A stretch of DNA of 64,000 bases from an uncultured Collinsella sp. Its GTDB lineage: Bacteria > Actinomycetota > Coriobacteriia > Coriobacteriales > Coriobacteriaceae. The DNA lies in assembly GCA_900541825.1 (NCBI GenBank), contig UQLJ01000005.1:9482-73481 (forward strand). The letters are read 5' to 3'. The notes beneath the pieces were generated by a model. The model saw nothing but the letters and a program-made list of their open reading frames with translations. It made no database searches and was not told where the DNA came from. Position 1 is the stretch's first letter, and each line of letters starts with the position of its first letter. Positions 40,928 through 50,714 of this stretch are shown here, one piece after another. The translations under genes were made by a program, and so were the position numbers.

Positions 40928-40941
40928 AAAGGTGTTTGCAG

Positions 40942-42279
40942 ATGCAGTTCGATCAGGTGACGGTTATCGGTGGCGGTCTGGCGGGTTCGGAATGCGCGAT
41001 CCAGCTGGCAGACCGCGGGTTTGCCGTAAAGCTGTGCGAGATGCGCCCCCAGGTGAGCTCCCCGGCTCACCATACCGATCACCTGGCAGAGCTCGTCTGC
41101 TCCAATTCGTTTAAGTCGACCCGTCCAGATTCCGCTGCTGGCCTACTAAAAGCCGAGCTCGAGCGCATGGGTTCGGTGCTGCTCGATTGCGCCCATCGCG
41201 CGGCTGTTCCCGCCGGTGGCGCCCTGGCGGTCGACCGCGTCAAGTTTTCCGAGCTTGTCGAGGCCGAGGTTGCCGCCCGTCCCAATATCGAGATCATTCA
41301 CGGCGAGGTCACGCAGATTCCCGAGGGTCACGTGGTCATTGCCGCCGGCCCCTTGTGCTCGCCGGCGCTGAGCGAAGAGGTCATGAAGCTCGTCGGTGGC
41401 GACGCCCTTGCGTTCTTCGATGCCGCGGCGCCGATCGTCGATGCCTCCACGCTCGATATGGACGTGCTGTTCTCGCAGTCGCGCTACGAGGAGCAGGGGA
41501 GCGGCGACTATCTCAACGCTCCGCTCAATAAGGAGGAGTACGAGGCCTTTATCGAGGCGCTTACCACGGCCGACCGCGTGGTGCTCAAGGATTTTGAGGG
41601 CGGCGATCTGTTCCAGGCCTGCCAGCCTGCCGAGGAGGTTGCGCGCACCGGCAAGGACGCCATTCGCTTTGGCGCCATGAAGCCCGTCGGCCTCACCGAC
41701 CCGCGTACCGGACGTCGTCCCTGGGCGGCGATTCAGCTGCGTGCCGAGAACAAGGAGAAGACCGCCTATAACCTGGTGGGCTTCCAGACCAACCTGACCT
41801 TTGGCGAGCAGAAGCGCGTCTTCCATATGGTGCCGGGCCTGGAGAACGCTGAGTTCTTCCGCTACGGTGTCATGCACCGCAACACCTTTGTCGACGCCCC
41901 GCACGTGCTCGATGGCACCTTTGCCGTGCCCGGTACCGGCGTGCGCCTGGCCGGTCAGATCACCGGCACCGAGGGGTACATGGAAGCCGTGGCGACAGGT
42001 CTGCTCGCGGCGCTCAACACCTATGCCGAGGCTATCGGTGCCGCGGGCGTCGAGTTGCCCCGCGTGGGCGCCCTGGGTGCGCTCGTGGGCTATGCGACCG
42101 ATCCTGCCACCGTGGGCTATCAGCCCATGCATGTCAACTTTGGCCTGGTGCCGCCACTCGAGGATGGTAAGCGCCGCAGCAAGCGCGACCGCTACCAGGC
42201 CTATGCGGACCGTGCGCTCGAGGCCCTTGACGCCTATCTGGCTACTCGCCCCGATCTGTTTGGAGGCGACCGGTCATAG
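40942..42279 (+). CDS. trmFO: methylenetetrahydrofolate--tRNA-(uracil54-C5)-methyltransferase TrmFO
   Basis: VTVIGGGLAGSECAIQLA FAD motif and Gid/TrmFO length. ATG 40942 follows GAAAGGTG. The track starts at TTG 40936. Confidence 0.93.
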   Translation: MQFDQVTVIGGGLAGSECAIQLADRGFAVKLCEMRPQVSSPAHHTDHLAELVCSNSFKSTRPDSAAGLLKAELERMGSVLLDCAHRAAVPAGGALAVDRVKFSELVEAEVAARPNIEIIHGEVTQIPEGHVVIAAGPLCSPALSEEVMKLVGGDALAFFDAAAPIVDASTLDMDVLFSQSRYEEQGSGDYLNAPLNKEEYEAFIEALTTADRVVLKDFEGGDLFQACQPAEEVARTGKDAIRFGAMKPVGLTDPRTGRRPWAAIQLRAENKEKTAYNLVGFQTNLTFGEQKRVFHMVPGLENAEFFRYGVMHRNTFVDAPHVLDGTFAVPGTGVRLAGQITGTEGYMEAVATGLLAALNTYAEAIGAAGVELPRVGALGALVGYATDPATVGYQPMHVNFGLVPPLEDGKRRSKRDRYQAYADRALEALDAYLATRPDLFGGDRS

Positions 42280-42353
42280 CCTTTGACCTGTACGACACCG
42301 TTGACTCGTTTATCGCCTATATCGCACGCGTCGAGGGACTTTCTCCCAACACG

Positions 42354-43196
42354 GTGACGGCCTATGGCTCGAGGCTGGAGCGCTTTGCTGCCTGGTGCGA
42401 ACGCGAGGGCATCGACGCTCGCGCCGCCGACGTACGGACCGTTCGTTCCTATTTGGCCGAGCTGTCGCGTGGCCAGGTGGCGGCTCGGACCCTTGCGGCA
42501 CACCTGTCTGCCATTCGCTCACTCTATCGGTGGATGGCTGTCGAGGGGATTGTCGAGGGCGATGCGGTCTCGGCGATCGCATCGCCCAAGCTGCCGCGCG
42601 ACCTGCCGGGCGTCCTTACGACTCAACAGGTGGAGGCACTCCTCAAAGCCCCCGATACCTCAACACCCGCGGGACTGCGCGATGCGGCGATGCTCGAGTT
42701 GCTCTATGCCTCGGGTGCCCGCATCTCAGAGCTTGCGGCGCTCAATGTGGAATCCATCTCATGGTCCGAGCGCACGCTGCGCCTGTGGGGCAAGGGGAGC
42801 AAAGAACGTATCGTCCCTCTGTATCGTCGTGCGCTCGAGGCGACGCGTCTCTATATTGAGGAGGGGAGGCCGGAGTTGCTCGCTCAGGCAAAGCGCCGTG
42901 ACCCCGCTACCGGGCCGCATCCGCTGCTTATATCGGCGCGCGGCAATCGCATGAGTGCCGCCATGCTCAGGCGGCGGTTCCATATGCTGGCGACGCTCGC
43001 CGGCATTCCGGCCGACATTGCCCCGCATGCGATGCGCCATACCTTTGCGACCGACTTGCTCGAGGGCGGTGCGGACCTGCGCTCGGTTCAAGAGCTGCTG
43101 GGTCATGCGAGCCTGTCCACGACGCAGATTTACACGCACCTCACGCCCGATCGGCTCAAACGTGCCGTGGCTCAAGCCCATCCCCGCGGCGAATAG
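42354..43196 (+). CDS. xerC: tyrosine recombinase XerC
   Basis: C-terminal RHTFATDLLEGGADLRSVQELLGHASLSTTQIYTH with the catalytic Tyr. The first canonical start is GTG 42354. Conserved N-terminal sequence continues in frame upstream to about 42276-42288 (see findings). Confidence 0.9.
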   Translation: MTAYGSRLERFAAWCEREGIDARAADVRTVRSYLAELSRGQVAARTLAAHLSAIRSLYRWMAVEGIVEGDAVSAIASPKLPRDLPGVLTTQQVEALLKAPDTSTPAGLRDAAMLELLYASGARISELAALNVESISWSERTLRLWGKGSKERIVPLYRRALEATRLYIEEGRPELLAQAKRRDPATGPHPLLISARGNRMSAAMLRRRFHMLATLAGIPADIAPHAMRHTFATDLLEGGADLRSVQELLGHASLSTTQIYTHLTPDRLKRAVAQAHPRGE

Positions 43197-43415
43197 TGGC
43201 TGGGACGTCCCGCGCCGCACTCAGGTGTGTGGTTTTGATTGCGGGTTGGCAGGAAGATGCATTCCTGCTATCATTCATCGGGTTGCTTCACGGCAACATG
43301 TTTTTATCACGCACGCGCGGCTACTTCATACCGTGGTGCCCGGGCTTTGGTAGCACATGTCCGGGTTGGTTTTGGAGGATGACCCCGCGCGGAGGCAAAC
43401 CACAGGAGGTTTAAC

Positions 43416-44144
43416 ATGGCTACCAAGATTAATATCCGCACCCTGCTCGAGGCCGGCTGCCACTTCGGTCACCAGACCCGTCGCTGGAACCCCAAGATGA
43501 AGCCGTTCATCTTCGGTGAGCGCAACGGCATCTACATCCTCGACCTCAAGCAGACCATCCTCGACGCCGACCAGGCCTACACCTTCGTCAAGAACGTCGC
43601 CAAGGGTGGCAACGTGCTGTTCGTCGGCACCAAGAAGCAGGCTCAGGAGGCCGTCAAGAACGCTGCTGAGCGCGCCAACATGCCTTACATCAACCAGCGT
43701 TGGCTCGGCGGTATGCTGACCAACTTCGTCACCATCCGCTCCCGCATCAACCGCATGGAGGAGCTCGAGGCCATGGTCGAGGACGGCCGCATGGCTGTTC
43801 TGCCCAAGAAGGAGCAGGCTGTTCTCGGCAAGGAGCTCACCAAGCTCCAGACCAACCTCGGTGGCGCCCGCGACATGAAGGGTCTGCCCCAGGCTCTCTT
43901 CGTCATCGACACCAAGCGCGAGGAGAACGCCATCAAGGAGGCTCAGCGCCTGAACATCCCCGTCGTCGCTCTGATCGACACCAACTCCGATCCCGACGAG
44001 GTCGAGTACGGCATCCCCTGCAACGATGACGCTATCTCCGCTGTCACCCTTATGTGCGAGCTCATGGCTGACGCCTGCCTCGCTGGCTCCGGCAAGGAGC
44101 AGGTCTCCGAGGCCGAGATGGCCGCTGAGCCCAAGGCCGAGTAA
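43416..44144 (+). CDS. rpsB: 30S ribosomal protein S2
   Basis: [19 protein letters not shown] is canonical S2. AGGAGG RBS. Confidence 0.96.
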   Translation: MATKINIRTLLEAGCHFGHQTRRWNPKMKPFIFGERNGIYILDLKQTILDADQAYTFVKNVAKGGNVLFVGTKKQAQEAVKNAAERANMPYINQRWLGGMLTNFVTIRSRINRMEELEAMVEDGRMAVLPKKEQAVLGKELTKLQTNLGGARDMKGLPQALFVIDTKREENAIKEAQRLNIPVVALIDTNSDPDEVEYGIPCNDDAISAVTLMCELMADACLAGSGKEQVSEAEMAAEPKAE

Positions 44145-44189
44145 ATCAGTCTTAGTTAATTCTTTTTCATCTCTTTGAAAGGAACCACA

Positions 44190-45059
44190 ATGGCCCAGAT
44201 TACCGCCGCTATGGTCAAGCAGCTCCGCGAGATGACCGACTCCCCGATGATGGAGTGCAAGAAGGCTCTCGTCGAGGCTGACGGCGACATGGACGCCGCT
44301 GTCGACGTCCTGCGTAAGAACGGCCTTGCCAAGGCTGCCAAGAAGGCTGGCCGTGAGACCAACGAGGGCGCTGTCGCCGCGTTCGTCTCCGAGGATGGCA
44401 AGACCGGCGCTCTGCTCGAGCTCTCCTGCGAGACCGACTTCGTTGGCTCCAACGCCAAGTTCACTGGCTTTGCTTCCAAGGTCGCTGAGGTTGTCGCTAC
44501 CACCGAGCCTGCTGACGTCGACGCTCTGCTCGAGAAGCCGATGGGCGAGGAGACCGTTTCCTCCGAGCTCACCGAGATGATTCACATCATGGGCGAGAAC
44601 ATGAAGATCTCCCGCTTCGCTGCCCGTAAGGCTGAGAACGGCGCGCTCGCTTCTTACATCCACATGGGTGGTAAGATCGGCGTCCTCGTCGAGTTCGCCT
44701 TCGAGAAGGCCGAGACCGCTCAGGCTGAGTCCTTCAAGACCTTCGCTCACGACGTTGCCCTTCAGGTTGCTGCCGTCGCCCCGATCTGCGCTACCCGCGA
44801 TCAGGTTCCGGCCGAGACCGTCGAGCACGAGAAGCAGATCTACATGGCCCAGGCTGCCGAGTCCGGCAAGCCCGAGGCTATCCAGGAGAAGATGGCTGTC
44901 GGCCGTCTGGAGAAGTTCTACAAGCAGTCCGTGCTCACCGAGCAGGAGTTCATCAAGGACAGCTCCCTCACCATCAAGAAGTACGCTGAGCAGGTCTCCA
45001 AGGAGCTCGGCGACACCATTACCGTCGTTGCCTTTGACCGTCTGGTCCGTGGCGAGTAA
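44190..45059 (+). CDS. tsf: translation elongation factor Ts
   Basis: MAQITAAMVKQLREMTDSPMMECKKAL is a canonical EF-Ts UBA-like N-terminus. The track ORF starts 15 nt upstream. Confidence 0.96.
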   Translation: MAQITAAMVKQLREMTDSPMMECKKALVEADGDMDAAVDVLRKNGLAKAAKKAGRETNEGAVAAFVSEDGKTGALLELSCETDFVGSNAKFTGFASKVAEVVATTEPADVDALLEKPMGEETVSSELTEMIHIMGENMKISRFAARKAENGALASYIHMGGKIGVLVEFAFEKAETAQAESFKTFAHDVALQVAAVAPICATRDQVPAETVEHEKQIYMAQAAESGKPEAIQEKMAVGRLEKFYKQSVLTEQEFIKDSSLTIKKYAEQVSKELGDTITVVAFDRLVRGE

Positions 45060-45082
45060 ATAAGCTCTTGTAGCTGGTAATG

Positions 45083-45118
45083 AGCAGGCTGTGGGTTTTA
45101 CTCACAGCCTGCTTTTTC
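45083..45118 (+). terminator. intrinsic terminator after tsf
   Basis: AGCAGGCTGTG-GGTTTTACT-CACAGCCTGCT, a perfect 11-bp stem, followed by TTTTT. Confidence 0.85.
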
Positions 45119-45176
45119 ATGGCTCTTATCAGAGCCTTTGATATCATATTGAGAGTCTAATTAAAGGAGGATCGCT

Positions 45177-45899
45177 TTGTCCGACATCCGATATAAACGC
45201 GTGCTTCTTAAGCTTTCCGGCGAAGCACTGATGGGCGACGGCCAATATGGCATCGACCCCAAGGTTACCGACCATCTTGCCAAGCAGGTCAAGGAGCTGC
45301 TCGCCGTTGGCCATGAGGTCGGCGTCGTTGTCGGCGGCGGCAATATTTTCCGCGGCATGGCAGGCGCTGCCGGTGGCATGGAGCGTGCTCAGGCCGATTA
45401 TATGGGCATGCTCGCGACCGTTATGAACGCGCTCGCCCTGCAGGATGCCTTCGAGCACAACGATGTTCCCTGCCGCGTGATGAGCGCTATCCAGATGAAC
45501 GAGATCTGCGAGCCCTATATTCGCCGTCGCGCCATCAACCACCTTTCCAAGGGCAACGTCGTTATTTTTGCCGCTGGTTCGGGCAATCCGTACTTTACGA
45601 CCGACACCGCCGCGGCTCTTCGTGCGTGCGAGATCGGCGCCGAGATTCTGATTAAAGCCACCAAGGTTGACGGCATCTACGACAAGGATCCCGTCAAGTG
45701 CGCCGATGCCGTCCGCTTTGACAAGATTACCTATCACGAGGTTCTCGTCCGCGGTCTGCAGGTTATGGATTCCACGGCTACGGCTTTGTGCCAGGATAAC
45801 CGTATGCCGATTTTGGTCCTCAACATCGATGGCGAGGACACCGTCAAGCGCGCGCTTTCGGGTGAGCCCGTCGGCACGCTCGTCTATCAGGAGGATTAA
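45177..45899 (+). CDS. pyrH: UMP kinase
   Basis: [23 protein letters not shown] is canonical PyrH. TTG start lies 6 nt after AAAGGAGG. Confidence 0.95.
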   Translation: MSDIRYKRVLLKLSGEALMGDGQYGIDPKVTDHLAKQVKELLAVGHEVGVVVGGGNIFRGMAGAAGGMERAQADYMGMLATVMNALALQDAFEHNDVPCRVMSAIQMNEICEPYIRRRAINHLSKGNVVIFAAGSGNPYFTTDTAAALRACEIGAEILIKATKVDGIYDKDPVKCADAVRFDKITYHEVLVRGLQVMDSTATALCQDNRMPILVLNIDGEDTVKRALSGEPVGTLVYQED

Positions 45900-45901
45900 G
45901 C

Positions 45902-46438
45902 ATGGCAGAGAACATCACCGCCCACATGGACAAGTCGCTCGAGTCCCTCAAGCATAACTTCTCCAAGGTTCGTACCGGCCGCGCCAATGCCAACATTCTG
46001 TCCGACATCACCGTCGATTATTACGGTGTTCCCACGCCGGTCACGCAGGTTGCCGCCGTCAAGACCCCCGAGGCCCACATGCTGCTCATCGAGCCGTGGG
46101 ACAAGGCACTCATCAACGCTATCGTCAAGGCCATCGGCGCTTCCGATCTGGGTATTACCCCCAACTCCGATGGCACCGTCGTTCGTCTGCCGTTCCCGGC
46201 TCCCACCGAGGAGCGCCGTCGCGAGCTCGTCAAGGAGTGCCGCGAGTACGCTGAGCAGGCCAAGGTGTCTATCCGTAACATCCGTCGCGACTTCAACAAC
46301 AAGCTCGAGCGCGATGAGGAGCTCACCGAGGACGATGTCCGTCGCGAGCAGGCCAAGGTCCAGAAGCACACCGATGAGTATGTCGCCAAGGTCGAGGAGC
46401 TTCTGAAGGAAAAAGAAGCCGAGGTCATGGAGATCTAA
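45902..46438 (+). CDS. frr: ribosome recycling factor
   Basis: 178 aa containing FSKVRTGRANANIL..IRNIRRD, canonical RRF. Confidence 0.95.
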   Translation: MAENITAHMDKSLESLKHNFSKVRTGRANANILSDITVDYYGVPTPVTQVAAVKTPEAHMLLIEPWDKALINAIVKAIGASDLGITPNSDGTVVRLPFPAPTEERRRELVKECREYAEQAKVSIRNIRRDFNNKLERDEELTEDDVRREQAKVQKHTDEYVAKVEELLKEKEAEVMEI

Positions 46439-46439
46439 G

Positions 46440-47234
46440 GTGCAATACGACGAGCATAAACTGGTCGAGTACTTTGCCGACGCCCCTGCGGGCGTCGGTT
46501 TTTCCGACCTTGACCTCAATAACATTCCGCACCATATCTCGTGCATCATGGACGGCAACGGTCGTTGGGCTACGTCGCGCGGTCTTGCGCGCACTGAGGG
46601 CCACAAGGCGGGTATCGTCTCCCTTCGCGAGATTATTACCGCCTGCGTGCGTCTGGGCGTCGACGTGCTTTCGGCCTATGCGTTTTCTACCGAAAACTGG
46701 AACCGTCCGCAGCACGAGGTCAACGTCTTGATGCACCTGTTTGCCAAGACGTTTATCGACGAGCTGCCGCTTCTGAAGCGCGAAAACGTGCGCGTTGTCT
46801 TTTTGGGTGACATTTCCGCGCTGCCCAAGAAGACCTGCGACGTTTTTGAACGCGGTCTTGCCGAGTGCGCCGATCACACCGGTATGACGCTGGCGCTTGC
46901 TGTCAACTACGGCGCGCGTTCCGAGATTACCCGCGCTGTTCGTCAGATCGCACTCGACGCTGCCGCCGGTAAGATTGATCCTGCCGCAATTGATGACGAC
47001 ATGGTGGCCTCCCACCTCTATACCGCCGGTCTTCCCGATCCTGAGCTTGTGATTCGCACCTCTGGTGAGCTGCGCCTTTCGAACTATCTGCTGTGGCAGG
47101 TGGCTTATTCCGAGTTCTACGTCATCGATACCTATTGGCCTGACTTTGATCGTTGGGGCCTTGTCGACGCCATTTTGGCCTATCAGGGCCGTGACCGTAG
47201 GTTTGGTGGACTGAGCAAGACCGAGGAGGCTTAA
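46440..47234 (+). CDS. uppS: isoprenyl transferase (undecaprenyl-diphosphate synthase family)
   Basis: HISCIMDGNGRWA and ..RTSGE.RLSN.LLWQ..Y.E are cis-prenyltransferase motifs. Confidence 0.93.
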   Translation: MQYDEHKLVEYFADAPAGVGFSDLDLNNIPHHISCIMDGNGRWATSRGLARTEGHKAGIVSLREIITACVRLGVDVLSAYAFSTENWNRPQHEVNVLMHLFAKTFIDELPLLKRENVRVVFLGDISALPKKTCDVFERGLAECADHTGMTLALAVNYGARSEITRAVRQIALDAAAGKIDPAAIDDDMVASHLYTAGLPDPELVIRTSGELRLSNYLLWQVAYSEFYVIDTYWPDFDRWGLVDAILAYQGRDRRFGGLSKTEEA

Positions 47235-47236
47235 TC

Positions 47237-48136
47237 GTGTCCGATCGTCCCAAGGCATCTGCTCCCAAGACGCCTGCGCGTAAAGCTGCCACTGCGGGAG
47301 CGCCTGCAGCGAAGAGCGGCACCGGTTCGTGGCTGGCGGGCTTTATTACCCGTGCCGCCGCCGGTATCGTCTACGCCGTTGTCTTTATCCTGTGCCTGGT
47401 TTTGGGTATCGTGCCCACTGCCATCTTTGTTTCCGTCATGAGCGGTCTGTGCTGCTATGAGTTTTTCCGTATGACGAGGCTCGATGGCAAGATGGCTAAC
47501 GAGCGCATGGGTATCGCTGCCGCCGTACTCTTTCCGCTGTCGGCGTTGGGCGATTCGATGTTGCTGAATGCCCTGCTTTTTGCCCTGATGCTCGCTGTGG
47601 GCATTTGGTATGTCTGGTCGCCGCGTACCCGCATCTCTGATGTGGCCGTGACGCTCATGGGACCCATCTACACTGGCTATATGTTGTCGGCTATCGTGCT
47701 GCTGCGCGATGCCGTGCCCGGTTTTGCCGGCGCCCTGCTTTCGGTGGGCGTTTGCGCGTCCCTTTGGGTCTCCGATTCGTTTGCCTACATCGTGGGCAGC
47801 CGTATCGGTAAGCACAAGATGGTTCCCAAGATCTCTCCCAAAAAGAGCTGGGAGGGGTTTGTCGGCGGCATCCTGGGCTCGGTTTTGATTTGGCTCATCC
47901 TGTGGGCGACGCACTTCTACAAGCTCAGCCTGCCCTATGCGCTGCTGTGCGGCGTGGTCGTGTCCGTCCTGGGCGTTATCGGCGACCTTATCGAGTCGCG
48001 CATCAAGCGTGGCGTGGGCGTCAAGGATTCCGGCAACCTTATCCCGGGCCATGGCGGCATGCTCGACCGTAGCGACTCGCTTATCTTTGGTTGCATTACC
48101 GCTCAGCTGCTTTTGATGATCGGAGGCGTGCTGTAA
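47237..48136 (+). CDS. cdsA: phosphatidate cytidylyltransferase
   Basis: Polytopic protein with the CDS signature SDSFAYIVGSRIGKHK...KKSWEG and C-terminal GHGGMLDRSDS. GTG start follows GAGGAGG. Confidence 0.92.
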   Translation: MSDRPKASAPKTPARKAATAGAPAAKSGTGSWLAGFITRAAAGIVYAVVFILCLVLGIVPTAIFVSVMSGLCCYEFFRMTRLDGKMANERMGIAAAVLFPLSALGDSMLLNALLFALMLAVGIWYVWSPRTRISDVAVTLMGPIYTGYMLSAIVLLRDAVPGFAGALLSVGVCASLWVSDSFAYIVGSRIGKHKMVPKISPKKSWEGFVGGILGSVLIWLILWATHFYKLSLPYALLCGVVVSVLGVIGDLIESRIKRGVGVKDSGNLIPGHGGMLDRSDSLIFGCITAQLLLMIGGVL

Positions 48137-49323
48137 TGTCCTTCCAAACGACGTATGGCCCCGATGGACGCCTTCGCGTTGCCATCCTGGGTTGTACGGG
48201 CTCCATCGGCACCCAGGCACTTGATGTGTGCCGTCAGCATGCCGATCGCCTGCAGGTGACGGCGCTGTCCGTTAACTCTAGTACCTCCGAGCTCGTTGCC
48301 GCTGCCCGCGAGTTCTCGGTTCCGGCGGTTGCCGTGGCCGATGTCGCTCATGGCGATGACGCCGTGCTGCAGGAGTTGCCCGAGGGAACGAAGCTCGGCG
48401 TTGGCGCGCAGGCGGTTTGCGAGCTCGCGCGTCGCGACGATGTCGACTGCGTGCTCGTTGCTATTGTGGGTGCCGCCGGTCTCGAGGCGAGCCATGCGGC
48501 CTTGACCTCGAATAAGCGCCTTGCCCTTGCCAACAAGGAGTCCCTCGTCGTCGGTGGCGACTTGCTTATGCCGTTGGCGCAACCGGGCCAGCTTATTCCA
48601 GTCGACTCTGAGCACTCCGCCATCTACCAGTGCTATCTGGGGGAGGACCCGCGCGAGGCTCATTGTATTTGGCTCACCTGCTCGGGCGGTCCGTTCTTTG
48701 GCCGCACGCGCGACGAGCTCAATCGCGTGACGCGTGCCGATGCCCTTGCACATCCCACGTGGGCCATGGGCGCCAAGATCACCATCGACTCCGCCACCCT
48801 CATGAACAAGGGCCTGGAGCGAATTGAGGCCATGCATCTGTTTAACTGCGGCCTCGATTTCATTAACGTGGTCGTGCAGCGTCAGTCCAAGATTCACTCT
48901 ATGGTCGAGTTCGCCGACGGCTCCGTGATGGCGCATCTCGGTGCTTCCGACATGCGTATTCCCATCCAGTTCGCGTTCTCGTATCCCGAGCGTTGGGATA
49001 CCCCGGCGCCTCGTATCGATTTCCGCGAGCTGGGGCAGCTCACGTTTGATGCTGCCGACATGGATACCTTCCGCTGTCTGGCACTGGCCGAGCGTGCCGG
49101 CAAGACGGGTGGCACCATGCCGTGCGTGCTCAATGCCGCCAACGAGGTCGCTGTCGATGCCTTCCTGCACGATGGCTGCAGCTTTACCGATATCGATCGC
49201 ATTGTAGAATCCTGCATGGATGCCCACGATATGCAGGCGGTCGATTCGTTTGAGCAGCTTCGCGACATCGATGCGTGGGCGCGTGAAAAGGCTGCGCAGG
49301 TGCTCGCCGCAACCCGTTCCTAA
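48136..49323 (+). CDS. dxr: 1-deoxy-D-xylulose 5-phosphate reductoisomerase
   Basis: VAILGCTGSIGTQALDV NADPH motif, plus LANKESLV and DSEHSAI. TAATG overlap with cdsA. Confidence 0.95.
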   Translation: MSFQTTYGPDGRLRVAILGCTGSIGTQALDVCRQHADRLQVTALSVNSSTSELVAAAREFSVPAVAVADVAHGDDAVLQELPEGTKLGVGAQAVCELARRDDVDCVLVAIVGAAGLEASHAALTSNKRLALANKESLVVGGDLLMPLAQPGQLIPVDSEHSAIYQCYLGEDPREAHCIWLTCSGGPFFGRTRDELNRVTRADALAHPTWAMGAKITIDSATLMNKGLERIEAMHLFNCGLDFINVVVQRQSKIHSMVEFADGSVMAHLGASDMRIPIQFAFSYPERWDTPAPRIDFRELGQLTFDAADMDTFRCLALAERAGKTGGTMPCVLNAANEVAVDAFLHDGCSFTDIDRIVESCMDAHDMQAVDSFEQLRDIDAWAREKAAQVLAATRS

Positions 49324-49333
49324 CCCATAAGGA

Positions 49334-50710
49334 TTGCTTTTTCGTTTTATGGATACTGTTCTGAGCGTTCTCTCATCGGTCTTTTGGGGCCTGTTGATGC
49401 TTTCCGTCCTCGTGTTTTTGCACGAGGGCGGCCACTTTTTGGCGGCACGTGCCTGCGGCGTCCGTGTGACCGAGTTCTTTTTGGGCCTGCCTTGCCGCTT
49501 TGACATCCATTACACGTCGCGTCGCATTGGAACCAAGTTTGGCGTGACCCCGCTGCTGCTGGGTGGCTACGCTGCCATCTGCGGTATGGATCCGACCGAC
49601 GTCTCCTGCGCCGATCGCGTGCTCGCGGCTATCTATCGTCATGGTCGTGTGACCGTGGCCGACCTTGCCGCCGAGCTCGAGCTATCCGAGGAGGATGTGC
49701 TCGAGGCATGCGCCTTGCTTTTGGGTTGGGGCTCTATCGCGCCTTGGTATGAGGAAGGGGAGAAGCTCTCGCCGAGCTACTATCCCACCAAGTATCAGAC
49801 GCTGCCGCGAGACGCGGCAGGCTACACCACCTTTGACGGCCGCCGGTTCGATCGCGAACATTCAACTGCCGAGGGCGATGTGTGGGAGCTGCCGTGCGGC
49901 GAAGCCGAGTTCCTTGCGCAAGAGCGTTCGCATACCTATCTGGGCCAGGGTTTTCTCAAGCGCGCCTTTATGCTGCTCGCGGGCATTCTCGTCAATATCC
50001 TGACGGGCTTTTTGCTGCTTATGAGCATCTACTCTATTGCGGGTGTCACCGTGCCGATGGATACCAACGTGATCGGTCAGGTTGACGAGGGGTCTATTGC
50101 CGCCAAGGCGGGTATCGAGGGCGGCGACGCGATCCTTTCGGTTGACGGAGTATCGTGCTCTACCTGGATGGACGTTTACGATGCCATCGGCAAGGCCGCC
50201 GGTAAGGACGATATCGCCATTGAGTATGAGCGCGACGGCAAGCAGCATTCGACCTCGGTTGCGCTCAAAGAGGACGAGCGCCTAGGTGTGTATGCCTCTA
50301 CGCAGGTGGTCCGTTTAGACCCCATCATGTCGGCTCGCCTTTCGTTCTCCTATGTCGTGCAGACAGCGGAGGGCGTGATGCGCCTGCTCCAGCCGCAGCA
50401 TACGATGGAGATTCTCGATCAGTCTTCTTCGATCGTGGGCATTAGCGTTATGTCCTCACAGGCTGCTGCTGCCGGCCCTGCCACGTTCCTTTCGTTTGCC
50501 GCCCTCATTTCGTTCTCGCTTGGCTTTATGAACCTGCTGCCCATCCCACCACTCGATGGCGGCAAGCTGGTCATCGAGATCATTCAAAAGATTGCTGGCC
50601 GCGAGCTTCCGCTCAAGGTCCAGACGATTGTGAGTTATGTGGGCATCGCGCTCTTTGTGCTGCTGTTTGTCTATATGCTTCGTTCCGACATCCTTCGATT
50701 TATTCTGTAG
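49334..50710 (+). CDS. rseP: RIP (site-2) zinc metalloprotease, M50 family, with PDZ domain
   Basis: HEGGHFLAARACGV (HExxH), a PDZ-like segment (GSIAAKAGIEGGDAILSVDG) and C-terminal NLLPIPPLDGG. An alternative start is ATG 49349. Confidence 0.9.
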   Translation: MLFRFMDTVLSVLSSVFWGLLMLSVLVFLHEGGHFLAARACGVRVTEFFLGLPCRFDIHYTSRRIGTKFGVTPLLLGGYAAICGMDPTDVSCADRVLAAIYRHGRVTVADLAAELELSEEDVLEACALLLGWGSIAPWYEEGEKLSPSYYPTKYQTLPRDAAGYTTFDGRRFDREHSTAEGDVWELPCGEAEFLAQERSHTYLGQGFLKRAFMLLAGILVNILTGFLLLMSIYSIAGVTVPMDTNVIGQVDEGSIAAKAGIEGGDAILSVDGVSCSTWMDVYDAIGKAAGKDDIAIEYERDGKQHSTSVALKEDERLGVYASTQVVRLDPIMSARLSFSYVVQTAEGVMRLLQPQHTMEILDQSSSIVGISVMSSQAAAAGPATFLSFAALISFSLGFMNLLPIPPLDGGKLVIEIIQKIAGRELPLKVQTIVSYVGIALFVLLFVYMLRSDILRFIL

Positions 50711-50714
50711 GGGA

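Noticed and set aside
43196-43414. 72-aa ORF filling the xerC-rpsB intergenic region.
   Set aside because: It has no RBS, an odd Trp/Cys/Gly/Phe-rich composition, and overlaps the hairpins and likely promoter/leader of rpsB. It is more plausibly non-coding.
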